From the NCBI GenBank assembly GCA_963707035.1, contig CAVPON010000009.1, positions 95,704-127,703 on the forward strand: a stretch of DNA of 32,000 nt, given 5' to 3'. Positions within the stretch are counted from its first letter, which is position 1. Each line of letters opens with the position of its first letter. The notes below the pieces were generated by a model. That model did not search any database. It saw nothing but the letters and a program-made list of their open reading frames with translations, and was not told where the DNA came from. The translations under genes were made by a program, and so were the position numbers. Below are positions 10,313-19,942 of this stretch, in pieces. This DNA comes from an uncultured Methanobacteriaceae archaeon (GTDB taxonomy: Archaea; Methanobacteriota; Methanobacteria; Methanobacteriales; Methanobacteriaceae).

Positions 10313-10744
10313 TTAGTCATTTTAGGTATTGGGAATGAGTTAAGAGGGGATGATTCCATAGGATCGCTTTTAGCTAGGAGATTTAGTAAATTTTTCAAAG
10401 AAAGTGATAATATAATGGTTTTTGATGGGGAAACTGTTCCTGAAAACTATACTGGTGCAATTAAAAAGGAAAATCCAACTGAAATTATTTTAATTGACGC
10501 TGCCGATATGGGAAAAGACGCAGGATACATTAAAATTATAGATCGAACCGAAATCGCCAGTTATCATCTATCTACACATGCAATGCCTCTCTCATTTTTA
10601 GTGAAGTATCTTGAACATACAACTAAAGCTAAGATTATTCTTATTGGAATCCAACCTAAAGAATTGGAATTAGTGGGTACTATATCAATAGAGGTTAAAA
10701 AAAGTATGGAATATTTATCAGATATATTCTTGAAGAATTTATAA
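10313..10744 (+). CDS. [NiFe]-hydrogenase maturation endopeptidase (peptidase A31, HycI/HybD-like); start codon unresolved
   Basis: Frame 2 reads ...KLVILGIGNELRGDDSIGSLLARRF...IILIDAADMG...YHLSTHAMPL..., which covers the three metal-ligand regions of A31 proteases. The first ATG/GTG/TTG in this frame is at 10415, downstream of the GIGN..GDD motif. The frame is open from 10265. Confidence 0.8.
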   Translation, partial: LVILGIGNELRGDDSIGSLLARRFSKFFKESDNIMVFDGETVPENYTGAIKKENPTEIILIDAADMGKDAGYIKIIDRTEIASYHLSTHAMPLSFLVKYLEHTTKAKIILIGIQPKELELVGTISIEVKKSMEYLSDIFLKNL

Positions 10745-11077
10745 TAAATGATTTTAATGACCTAATTCATAAACCATTGAAGATTAATAAAAATATGATC
10801 TGGTTTATTATTATATTATGAAAATTCTATTTTTCTGTAAAAATATTGATTATTCAAAAATAATTATACTTTAAATTTATAAAGAACAGATATTGATTTT
10901 AAAAACATTTTATAAAAAAGTTTATTTGTTATATAATTTATTGATAAAAAAAATAAAATCAAAAATTTGTACTTTTTAACCTTTAATTAATAATTGATTA
11001 TAAATTTAGTAAAATAAGAATAATTAATATTTGAACTTCATTCATTTCTATTAAAAAAAGTTGAGTGTTATATTTCT

Positions 11078-12220
11078 ATGAAAATCTTATTTATCGGTGC
11101 AAGACTCTTTGACGAAGTGGCATTATATGCAAAATCCCGGGGAGTTACAACCATTTTATCAGAATCTGACCCTAACTCTCCAAATCTAAAGTTAGCTGAT
11201 GAATATCATATTGTTCCTAGAGGAATGGATCATCCAATTAATATAGCATTATCTGAAGATGTTGATGCAGTAGTACCCCTTATTGGTATTGATAAACCAC
11301 TAATCGAAATAGCTAAAATGAAAGAGAAACTTGAGAAAGAATATAATTTACCAGTTATCGCTTCAGGTATAAATGCTACAAAAATTTCTGTAAATAAATT
11401 AAAAACAAAGAATTTTTTAATAAATAATAGTATAAGAACCCCACAATCCACTGAAATTTCTAGAAAAAATTATAAAACCTCTAAATCTGAATTAACATTT
11501 CCAACTGTTCTAAAACAGGCTGAAGGTCAAGGTGGTGTTGGTGTTAAAATTGCTTTATCACCTGAAGATATTGAATCATATTTTGGAATATATTCTCAAG
11601 CAATGATGGAAGACTTTCTAAAAGGAGCAGAAGTATCAGTGGAAGTATTAAGATGGGAAAAAAAATCCGTACCTCTAGTGAGTGTATACAAAGGTGATAC
11701 AACTTTAGAAGGAATTCATCCCATAAATAAAATCAGAACTGCACCAGCTAAACTTGAGAATTTAAATAATCTTAAAATCATGGATATAGCCAAAAACATT
11801 ACTGATAAACTAAATGCAAATGGAACCACTGAAATAGAATTTATATTAAACGAAGAAACAAAAGAAATAAATACATTGGAGATGAACACTAGACCTAGTG
11901 GTACAAGGTTTTTGACTTTCAGCTCATCAAATATAAACACTATGCAACAACTAGTCAACATGGCAATGGGCGAATGGAAACCTCGTACAATTGAAAGAGA
12001 AATCAAACATTACAACGCCTTAGAAATGTCATTATCTTTAAATCAAAATAATCTAATTCAAAAACATTCACCAAATAATAATAATCATAAAAAACATATA
12101 TATACTTCAGATAAACCATGGATAATTCATGGACCTGATAAGGCAAGTAGAATAACAATTAGATCAGAAAATCTAACTAATTCATTTGAAATTATGAAAA
12201 ATCTTAAAATAATGGAGTAG
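11078..12220 (+). CDS. ATP-grasp ligase (CarB/Ddl-like), pseudomurein cluster member
   Basis: 380 aa. ATP-grasp elements are FPTVLKQAEGQGGVGVKIA (P-loop-like) and TEIEFILNE...LEMNTRPSG (E-x-N-x-R Mg/ATP site). A 7-nt gap separates it from the next gene. Confidence 0.75.
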   Translation: MKILFIGARLFDEVALYAKSRGVTTILSESDPNSPNLKLADEYHIVPRGMDHPINIALSEDVDAVVPLIGIDKPLIEIAKMKEKLEKEYNLPVIASGINATKISVNKLKTKNFLINNSIRTPQSTEISRKNYKTSKSELTFPTVLKQAEGQGGVGVKIALSPEDIESYFGIYSQAMMEDFLKGAEVSVEVLRWEKKSVPLVSVYKGDTTLEGIHPINKIRTAPAKLENLNNLKIMDIAKNITDKLNANGTTEIEFILNEETKEINTLEMNTRPSGTRFLTFSSSNINTMQQLVNMAMGEWKPRTIEREIKHYNALEMSLSLNQNNLIQKHSPNNNNHKKHIYTSDKPWIIHGPDKASRITIRSENLTNSFEIMKNLKIME

Positions 12221-12227
12221 TGATTAT

Positions 12228-13313
12228 TTGAGTCTTAACTTGGGATTATTAAACTCAATAATTCCTTTTATAATAGCTTTTGCGGCAGTGGCTTTTTTCA
12301 CACCTTACGTCAGATTAGTAATGTTAAAAGCTGATATAACCGATAATCCCATAGTATCAGAACACAGCCACAAAAAAGGAACACCCACAATGGGTGGTTT
12401 GGCAATAATTTTAGGAATGTTATTAATACTCAGTTTATATTATCAAAATAAACTCGTAGTTTTAACAGTGGGATTAATGGTTGTAGCTGCAGTTATAGGA
12501 TTATTAGATGACCTACTTGGCTTTAGAATCAAAGAATTTCAAAAGGTTGTTAAAAATATTTATTCTAAACCAGTTGAAATAGGAATGATAGCCTTAGATC
12601 CCGGTAATGAAGCAAGAATTATAACTTCTAAAGCTAAGGAACAGCTTAATATACTAGTTAATCAAAATAAAGTAAAAGTAATCCGTGAAATTCCCATTAA
12701 GAGTGAATTAAAAGACAGGAATAAAATATTAGCACAGATTATGGTATCACTATTTCTCGTAGTATCTGGTGCAATACCAACTACTTTAAGCGGTTTTTAC
12801 GTTGGAGTTTTAGCTATCCCTATAGCAATTATTGGTGTAGTTGGATTTATTAATGCTGTTAATTTAATAGATGGAATGGATGGTTTGGCATCTGGAATAT
12901 TAGGAATGGCTTCAGTAGCTTGTGGAGTATTCTCAATTTTAACCGGTCGATTGGATACTGCAATAATTTTCATGGCTATTGGTGGAGCTTGTTTCGGATT
13001 TTTAGTTTGGAATAGGCTACCTGCATCTATATTTATGGGTGATGTTGGTTCATTTGCATTGGGAGGTTTATACGCTGCTGCAGCTATAATGGGAAATGTA
13101 ATTATTTTTGCTATAGTGGTCCTAGCGGTGCCTATAATTTCAGTTATAATCAGTCTTATGCATCGAGCAGGAATCATAAATCTAGCAGTGGAACCATTAC
13201 ATCATACATTGAATCATAAAGGATGGTCTGAATCTAAAATAGTTCTCACATATTGGCTAGCTACCTTAATAATTTGTTTAGTAGCCTTATATTTCTACCA
13301 TTTCTTCCGGTGA
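12228..13313 (+). CDS. MraY-like polyprenyl-phosphate sugar-phosphate transferase (glycosyltransferase family 4)
   Basis: A 361-aa polytopic membrane protein with a TTG start. Signature motifs are LLDDLLGF (DDxxG), NAVNLIDGMDGLASG, and VEPLHHTLNHKGWSE (compare the MraY HHH-FE-GW-E motif). Confidence 0.88.
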   Translation: MSLNLGLLNSIIPFIIAFAAVAFFTPYVRLVMLKADITDNPIVSEHSHKKGTPTMGGLAIILGMLLILSLYYQNKLVVLTVGLMVVAAVIGLLDDLLGFRIKEFQKVVKNIYSKPVEIGMIALDPGNEARIITSKAKEQLNILVNQNKVKVIREIPIKSELKDRNKILAQIMVSLFLVVSGAIPTTLSGFYVGVLAIPIAIIGVVGFINAVNLIDGMDGLASGILGMASVACGVFSILTGRLDTAIIFMAIGGACFGFLVWNRLPASIFMGDVGSFALGGLYAAAAIMGNVIIFAIVVLAVPIISVIISLMHRAGIINLAVEPLHHTLNHKGWSESKIVLTYWLATLIICLVALYFYHFFR

Positions 13314-13320
13314 ATAAAGA

Positions 13321-14745
13321 ATGGGTAAAACAGAATTAAACACCCTTGATTTAGCGAATCATGTTAATGGAATACTTATTGGAGACAATATTCATATAAA
13401 TGGCATATTTAACATTTTAAAAGATTCAAAGAAAGGTGACGTAGTTATAAGACATCGAATAAATGAAATCGGTGTTGAAATTGCATTCGAAAAAGGTGTT
13501 TCGTGTATTATAACTCAAAATCCCACTGAAAATGCTATTAAAAATGCTGAATTATTTGGTATACCTGTAATAATTTGTGATAAAATAGAATTAGCTAATG
13601 CATTCGCCCTTAAATGGTCAGTTGAAAATTACTCAAATAATGCTAAACGTATAGTGGTGACTGGTACTAATGGTAAATCTACCACAACTCATATGATCTA
13701 TATCATTTTACTTGAGGCCGGTTACACTACCTACACTAATACTGATTCTAAATCTGAATTTAACACTCTTATTGATCCTATGGTTGCTAAACAGATTGCA
13801 GAATTCCCTGATAAGATAGATGCCATGGTGGTGGAAGTTTCTGAAGTTCAGGGATGGATGGATAGAATAATGAAAAATCATGCCCAACTCATGACTTCTA
13901 CTCTTAATCCAGAGATTTTAGTATTCACCAATGTATCATTGGATCACATCGGCCTAGTAAATTCCATTGAAGAATCATTTAATGAAATATCAGGTGCACT
14001 TAAAGGATTTAAGGGAAAGTATGTGATTTTAAATCATGATGATACTCTTATAAGAAGTATGGGTGACATAGTCCCGTCTTCTGCTGAAGTTGTATATTAT
14101 GGCTCAGGAACCAAGTTAGAATTTTTAGATGGTGGAATATTTCACGAAGGAAGATTAATAATGAGTAAAGATGATTTACCTTTTAAAAGTCCTCATTTTA
14201 TTCAGAACACTCTAGCTGCTGTAGGGGTGGCTGTGACATTAAATATTGATCCTATTATTATTAAGAAGGCTGTTTCATCATATAAAGCCTTGAATCGAAG
14301 GTTTAGTGTTCTATATGAAAGTCCACTTATAATTGATGACTTTGCTCATAATCCTGATGGTATAAGGGTTACTATAAAAAGTGCTGCAGAAATGACTAAT
14401 GGAAAGTTATATCTTGTATCGGCTATTCGTGGCTCTCGTGGTGTACCTATAAATCAAGTAAATGCTGAAGCCATTGTTGAGGGTTTGAAGGGTATTGATC
14501 ATCATTTAGTAATTACTAGTAGTGTAGAGATGGTTGATCAGGCTAATCTAGTTCAACCCTCTGAAAAAAAGATATTTAAAGAAACTCTTGATAAGAATGA
14601 TTTAAATTATATATTTTATGAAGAATTGTTTAATGCGTTAAAATATGTTGTTGAATCCTCTAAAAAGGGTGATACCATTTTGTTAATCGGTGCTCAGGGG
14701 ATGGATCCCGCTAAAGAAGTTTTAAAGAAGATTAAGGAATGTTAA
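13321..14745 (+). CDS. Mur-ligase family peptide ligase (MurE/F-like; pseudomurein pMur type)
   Basis: 474 aa. The P-loop is VTGTNGKSTTTHMI. The central domain has TNVSLDHIG. The C-terminal domain has DDFAHNPDG. A MurE/F-like N-terminal domain is present. SD GGTGA upstream, 7 nt after the MraY-like gene. Confidence 0.85.
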   Translation: MGKTELNTLDLANHVNGILIGDNIHINGIFNILKDSKKGDVVIRHRINEIGVEIAFEKGVSCIITQNPTENAIKNAELFGIPVIICDKIELANAFALKWSVENYSNNAKRIVVTGTNGKSTTTHMIYIILLEAGYTTYTNTDSKSEFNTLIDPMVAKQIAEFPDKIDAMVVEVSEVQGWMDRIMKNHAQLMTSTLNPEILVFTNVSLDHIGLVNSIEESFNEISGALKGFKGKYVILNHDDTLIRSMGDIVPSSAEVVYYGSGTKLEFLDGGIFHEGRLIMSKDDLPFKSPHFIQNTLAAVGVAVTLNIDPIIIKKAVSSYKALNRRFSVLYESPLIIDDFAHNPDGIRVTIKSAAEMTNGKLYLVSAIRGSRGVPINQVNAEAIVEGLKGIDHHLVITSSVEMVDQANLVQPSEKKIFKETLDKNDLNYIFYEELFNALKYVVESSKKGDTILLIGAQGMDPAKEVLKKIKEC

Positions 14746-15040
14746 AAAAACATTAAATAGTGTTGTAATTAAATTAAATAGAAACTTGTTATTTGAATCT
14801 TATTTAAAAATTTATATTTTTATCTTTAATCAAAATTTATTGAATAACTCGATATTATCCATTTTATAAAAATTTTATATTAATGCAAATTTAATTTATT
14901 TTCAAATATTATATGATTAAAAATTGATTTCAAAAATAAATATATGAAAATAAAAATTGACTAATTTATCATAAAAAAAAATAGTTAATTAATAATAAGT
15001 ATTATTTTAAAAACACTTTCACGAATGGAGTTTACTTAAT

Positions 15041-16456
15041 ATGAATTGTATTGTAATTGGGGCAGGCAATGCTGGGCGCCCTGTAGCTAGGATATTGAAT
15101 TATATTGATCATCAAGTTTTACTCACAGATCAGAAAAAACTAGAGCAATTTCCTGAAAAAACTCAGAAAATTCTTCATCAAATGAAGAAAGAAGGAATAG
15201 AATTGAATTTAGGCTCAAATTCTACTCCTGAATTTAAATATTTTGATTCAGCTTATATATCTCCCACTATACCTACAGATTCCCCCATAAGGAAATATTT
15301 AACTCTTAATGGAGTAAAATTAATTAATCATAAGGATATATCTCATATAATCGATGCAATCATTAATATAGATATAATTGGAGTTACAGGAACCTTAGGT
15401 AAAACGAGCACAACTCATATAATCTCCCAAATATTTGAAAGCGGGGGATATAAAGTTTGGAAGTGTTCATCACGCCATGGTAATCTTCTAAGTGAAGTAA
15501 TTATAGATGGAATAATCAAAGATTATCATAAAAAAAATGATATAGCAATATTTGAACTACCTCACGGTACTTCCAGATTAATGTCACAGGTTAAACTGAA
15601 AATAGGAGTACTCACCAATATTTATAAAGATCATCTTGATGAATTTGAGGGATCAATTGAAAAATATGCTCAGCGTAAGCTTTTTATAGCTGATTCAAGT
15701 GAAACTTTAATTTCCACCCCTAAATGTAAAGAATATTTAGAACCTTTACGGGATGATGTAATATATTACTGTACTCGGAAAACAAAAAACCTTAATGAAT
15801 GCGAATGTGACGTTTCCGGTTACCTTAAAAATCAGAATATCCAGATTAATTATGAATTAAACAATATTCGTGGCATATTTGAATCAAACTTTAAATTAAT
15901 GGGTTATTACTTAGAAAATTCAATAGCAGCTGCAGCGGTGGCTTTAACTTATGGTTTAAACGAAAACATCATTAAACAAGGTTTAATAGAATTCAAAGGT
16001 ATTCCAGGACATTTAGAGTATATAGGAAATTATTGTGGTAGAGAAATTCATTTTGATGCTGCTTTTGTGCCTGAAGGATTAGTTTCCACCTTAGAACAAT
16101 TTTCTAAATCTGAATTAATTGTTTTAATTGATAACCCTGACACGACAACTATTCGAGACAAATATGAAATAGGTAATGTTATAGGTGAATTTGCTGATAT
16201 CGTTATTTCCAGCGGATATAACGAAACCACAGGATTAATAGATATGAATGCAGCCTATGAAGTTTTAAGAGGTATCGATAATTCAAACTGCATTAAAATT
16301 GCTGTGAAAGACATGATAACTGCTGGAGAACTAGCCATAAAGAATTCAAAACGTGGTGATACTATTTTACATGTAGGTCCGGGAGCTATAACCAATTATG
16401 ATGAGTTAAAACAGAAAATGAAATTTGGCCTTGAAAATGGTTGTAAAAAATTATGA
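15041..16456 (+). CDS. Mur-ligase family peptide ligase (MurC/D-like N-terminal Rossmann; pseudomurein pMur type)
   Basis: 471 aa. N-terminal [17 protein letters not shown]-loop [15 protein letters not shown], central [17 protein letters not shown] upstream. The stop overlaps the next start (ATGA). Confidence 0.8.
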   Translation: MNCIVIGAGNAGRPVARILNYIDHQVLLTDQKKLEQFPEKTQKILHQMKKEGIELNLGSNSTPEFKYFDSAYISPTIPTDSPIRKYLTLNGVKLINHKDISHIIDAIINIDIIGVTGTLGKTSTTHIISQIFESGGYKVWKCSSRHGNLLSEVIIDGIIKDYHKKNDIAIFELPHGTSRLMSQVKLKIGVLTNIYKDHLDEFEGSIEKYAQRKLFIADSSETLISTPKCKEYLEPLRDDVIYYCTRKTKNLNECECDVSGYLKNQNIQINYELNNIRGIFESNFKLMGYYLENSIAAAAVALTYGLNENIIKQGLIEFKGIPGHLEYIGNYCGREIHFDAAFVPEGLVSTLEQFSKSELIVLIDNPDTTTIRDKYEIGNVIGEFADIVISSGYNETTGLIDMNAAYEVLRGIDNSNCIKIAVKDMITAGELAIKNSKRGDTILHVGPGAITNYDELKQKMKFGLENGCKKL

Positions 16457-18015
16457 TTAACAATAAGAAAGATAATATTGTACCTTTAACAGAAATGTGT
16501 ACCCCTATTTATGGAATAATAGGTGTTTGCGGAGTGGTTGGGAACTTAATAGCCCGTGTACTCCTTGATCATGATTTAAAAGTTATAGGTACAGATTACA
16601 AATCAGAAACCCAGTGTAAATTCAAATACACTTTAAATGATTATGATATACCACTTTACCTTGCAGGGCATCCTGAAGATTTTTTTAAGGAATCAAATTA
16701 TATAATTCTACCACCTAGCTTATCCAAGAATTCTAATCTTTATAATAAGGTAATGTGTAGTGGATCTGAAGTCCTCGAAGTTGATGATATACTTACTATG
16801 ATCAAGCCGGATAAACCAGTGCTTTGCATAACCGGCACTAATGGTAAAACCACTACAACAACCTTATTGAAGCACATGTGTAATTACTCCGGGATAACTA
16901 CAACGGAGCATGGTTTCAGAGAATTACAGGGGAATGTAGATTATATGCCGCCACTACAATGCCGACTACAGGGAGATGTGGCTATTCTTGAAACCGGAAC
17001 TTTCGGCGTTCCGGGAGATTTAAAATTTATTTTAGAACGTTGTGAACCATCATGCGGAATAATAACTAATATTACTCCAGATCATATGCCAGATCATCAA
17101 GATTTTCTCAGTTACGCTGCTATAAAAAGTGAATTTTTGGATTATCTTAAAGATAAAATGTTAATCATAAATGCAGATGACCCTACCATAACAGGGTTAA
17201 TTAATAACCTGTCTATAACTGGGCACATAATTACATTTGGAGTAGATTATAAAGAGACAGTTGAAAATAAAAAGTTATGCTGTTGTGGACGAGAAATCAC
17301 CCTAAAGGAAACTATATCTGGAATGGGTTATTATCACTGCGAATGTGGGGTGGAGAGGCTTCAGCCGGATTATCTTGCTACAGAAATAGATAAAGATGGT
17401 TTCATATTACAAACAACTGAAGATGTTTTTAATGTTCATACGTCAATTATGGGACTTCATAATGTTTACAATATCTTAGGTGCTATTACAGCAGCTATAG
17501 AATTCTTTAATATACCTATATATGATATTATAACCGTTGTTGAAAGTTTTAAAGGCGTACCTGGGCGGCTTGATTATATAGGTAATTTTCAGGGTAAAGA
17601 AGTGATAATAGATTATGCTCATAATCCTGGAGGAGTGGAAACTGTGCTCCGTGAATTGCGTAAGATTCATGGACGAATTGCAGTTGTTGTAACTGTTTCA
17701 TCAGAATCCGGTGAAAGTGGTGATGTTTGCATTTTAAATAAATGTTTAGAAAATGCTGATTTTATTATTCCTGCTTCTTTTTACTCTCGAAAAGTTGCAG
17801 ATAAACTGATGCAATCTATGATGTCTGAAAAAATCTTATTAACCACTGAAAATCCCCAGGAATTTAAAAAAAGAACATTAGGTGCTAATTTTGAGCAAGT
17901 AATGATTGGATTAGAAAAAGCATTGGAATGTGACGTGCCTGCTGTTGTTTGTATCGGTGAAGCTGCATTTAAATATAAAGAAGATATTTATAAAAAATTA
18001 CATTATTTATTTTAA
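16453..18015 (+). CDS. Mur-ligase family peptide ligase with an inserted Cys-ribbon (MurT-like feature)
   Basis: 520 aa. N-terminal Rossmann-like [17 protein letters not shown]-loop [14 protein letters not shown], central [12 protein letters not shown]-terminal [11 protein letters not shown] Cys cluster CCCG-x19-CECG lies at 17278-17346. Confidence 0.8.
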   Translation: MINNKKDNIVPLTEMCTPIYGIIGVCGVVGNLIARVLLDHDLKVIGTDYKSETQCKFKYTLNDYDIPLYLAGHPEDFFKESNYIILPPSLSKNSNLYNKVMCSGSEVLEVDDILTMIKPDKPVLCITGTNGKTTTTTLLKHMCNYSGITTTEHGFRELQGNVDYMPPLQCRLQGDVAILETGTFGVPGDLKFILERCEPSCGIITNITPDHMPDHQDFLSYAAIKSEFLDYLKDKMLIINADDPTITGLINNLSITGHIITFGVDYKETVENKKLCCCGREITLKETISGMGYYHCECGVERLQPDYLATEIDKDGFILQTTEDVFNVHTSIMGLHNVYNILGAITAAIEFFNIPIYDIITVVESFKGVPGRLDYIGNFQGKEVIIDYAHNPGGVETVLRELRKIHGRIAVVVTVSSESGESGDVCILNKCLENADFIIPASFYSRKVADKLMQSMMSEKILLTTENPQEFKKRTLGANFEQVMIGLEKALECDVPAVVCIGEAAFKYKEDIYKKLHYLF

Positions 18016-18200
18016 CCACTAAAAGTTAAATAATAATATAAACTTATTTATATGCTAATACTAATTTGAATATTTATACATGAATTCCGAGAAAATTTTA
18101 ATTATTTTTATTTCATTTAACTAAAATTGATATTTTAAAAAAAGTTAAATTTTATTAAATTATTTAAAGAAATCGAAAAAATCAGGGAGAAAACTAAGAA

Positions 18201-18623
18201 ATGTTCATAAAAGTTAGAAGAGACACTTTAATAATTCTCATACTGGCCTTCATACTTATTTTATCAGGGCGTTTTATGACTTACACTGCATATGCTTCTT
18301 CACCAGGTGTATATGAAGGAGTACCTATATCTGGAGTTATAATAAATGGAAACGATATTGAACCAACAGATATTATAAAAGCTAATGTTGAAAGTGAAGG
18401 CTTCAGAGAAGGAAGTTATATTGACGGTGACACTTTAGTTACTAGTAAAACTAGACTTCCCTTAAGTGAAGCTATAACAAATGCAGAGCAAGCTGCAACT
18501 GAATCTGCATATCCTGGTACTACAATGTATCCTATAACTGCCGCTAGTATTACAGTTGATAATCAAACAGGCATAGTAACTGTGAATGTTATCGAAGACT
18601 GGTCATCTGTGGTGGTGAAGTAA
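18201..18623 (+). CDS. Small exported or membrane-anchored protein, function unknown
   Basis: 140 aa. The N-terminus has a basic n-region (KVRRD), a 14-residue hydrophobic core and a possible AYA|SS cleavage site. The mature part is T/S/G/E-rich with one N-x-T sequon. SD GGGAG upstream. The stop is 2 nt before the next ATG. Confidence 0.6.
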   Translation: MFIKVRRDTLIILILAFILILSGRFMTYTAYASSPGVYEGVPISGVIINGNDIEPTDIIKANVESEGFREGSYIDGDTLVTSKTRLPLSEAITNAEQAATESAYPGTTMYPITAASITVDNQTGIVTVNVIEDWSSVVVK

Positions 18624-18625
18624 AC

Positions 18626-19924
18626 ATGCGGAATGTGAATGTAGCACGAATTTTGGTGCTATTTATCACTACATTAGTGATGATGAATGCAGCTGCAGCT
18701 ACTTGTAATGTAATAATCATAACTGATCCTACAGGTCAAAGTCCTAACGGGGCTGCTGCTGGTAGTATGTCCTATGATAGTAACATGTTTGAATCAACCT
18801 TCATAAATTCACCAGAAGATAAGTTTGCAATCTTATCTGGTGGTGCAGATACCGTTGGTAGTAGTACTGTTGTAAATGACACTCCAAGATTGCAAATGAT
18901 AGTCGAAGCTATTAATGATCTTAAATCTGGAGCTAATGCTGAAACTGCTGCTAGTATTGCTAATAGTTTCTCTGGGCAGAGATTGGTGATTGGAGGTCCT
19001 ACTATTGGAGCTGCAATAGTCGGTACGTCTGGTAATTGGTTAATTGAAGTTGCGAATGATGGTACCATTACTATCACACCCACTACAGGAACAATAGGTG
19101 TATTACCACCAGGCACTAAAGGAGCAGTACTTCATCTGTTACACACACCAGGTAATCCTCAACCTGATAATACTACTGCAGTGGGACTGGCTGCTTCTGA
19201 AATGATTGGTGAACAAATTAGAGACGGTTATCCCGCTACACAGATATTGGCTAATACTTTTAAAATGGTTGCAGAACAATCAGGTGAACAGTTTGGAGGA
19301 GGAGGAATCAATCTGGATTCGGGTATATCTACCGAAGATACGTTTACACCAGAGGAATTAAATCAAACAGGTTTCCCTATGGATCAACCATTTGAGAAAA
19401 TTGATAATATCAGTGGTTGGGGTATTACTTTTCCTGACGCTGATAGTTACACTACGTCTCCTGTTGATAATAATCCTTTAACGACAGTATACGCTTATCA
19501 AGCTATGGAGAATTACATAACAGTTGGAGCAGAAAATGTTAGTGTTACAACATACGGAACTGATGATCCTGGTATCATTGGTACTACCGAATCAGTTGTT
19601 GAATCATCTGTAAGTGAACATGGATTCGATGCTACTCAAATAGCTAATGATATTAATAAAGCTATAACTAGTGATTTATTGGTTGGTGTTAGTCCTGTTG
19701 AACCTAATAATATTCATGTTGATACCTACACTAAACAAGTGGGAGTTTATTACACTCCACTTGCAAATGGTAGAACTGCACCTGTTTGGAATTTACCTAT
19801 AAGCTCTTCTCTTTTAGAGTCAATTGGAAATTTACAGACTGCCATCGGATTGATTATGGTGGTTTTAGTAATATTTAGAAGTACGCTTATCTCTTCTTTC
19901 TCAAGGAGACGTAAAAAATTATAA
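18626..19924 (+). CDS. Exported, C-terminally membrane-anchored surface protein, function unknown
   Basis: 432 aa. The signal peptide is MRNVNVARILVLFITTLVMMNAAAA|TC. The body is T/G/A/N-rich with five N-x-S/T sequons. The C-terminal TM helix (AIGLIMVVLVIF) is followed by a basic tail, RRRKKL. Confidence 0.6.
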   Translation: MRNVNVARILVLFITTLVMMNAAAATCNVIIITDPTGQSPNGAAAGSMSYDSNMFESTFINSPEDKFAILSGGADTVGSSTVVNDTPRLQMIVEAINDLKSGANAETAASIANSFSGQRLVIGGPTIGAAIVGTSGNWLIEVANDGTITITPTTGTIGVLPPGTKGAVLHLLHTPGNPQPDNTTAVGLAASEMIGEQIRDGYPATQILANTFKMVAEQSGEQFGGGGINLDSGISTEDTFTPEELNQTGFPMDQPFEKIDNISGWGITFPDADSYTTSPVDNNPLTTVYAYQAMENYITVGAENVSVTTYGTDDPGIIGTTESVVESSVSEHGFDATQIANDINKAITSDLLVGVSPVEPNNIHVDTYTKQVGVYYTPLANGRTAPVWNLPISSSLLESIGNLQTAIGLIMVVLVIFRSTLISSFSRRRKKL

Positions 19925-19942
19925 TAAGGAGAGTTATTAATT

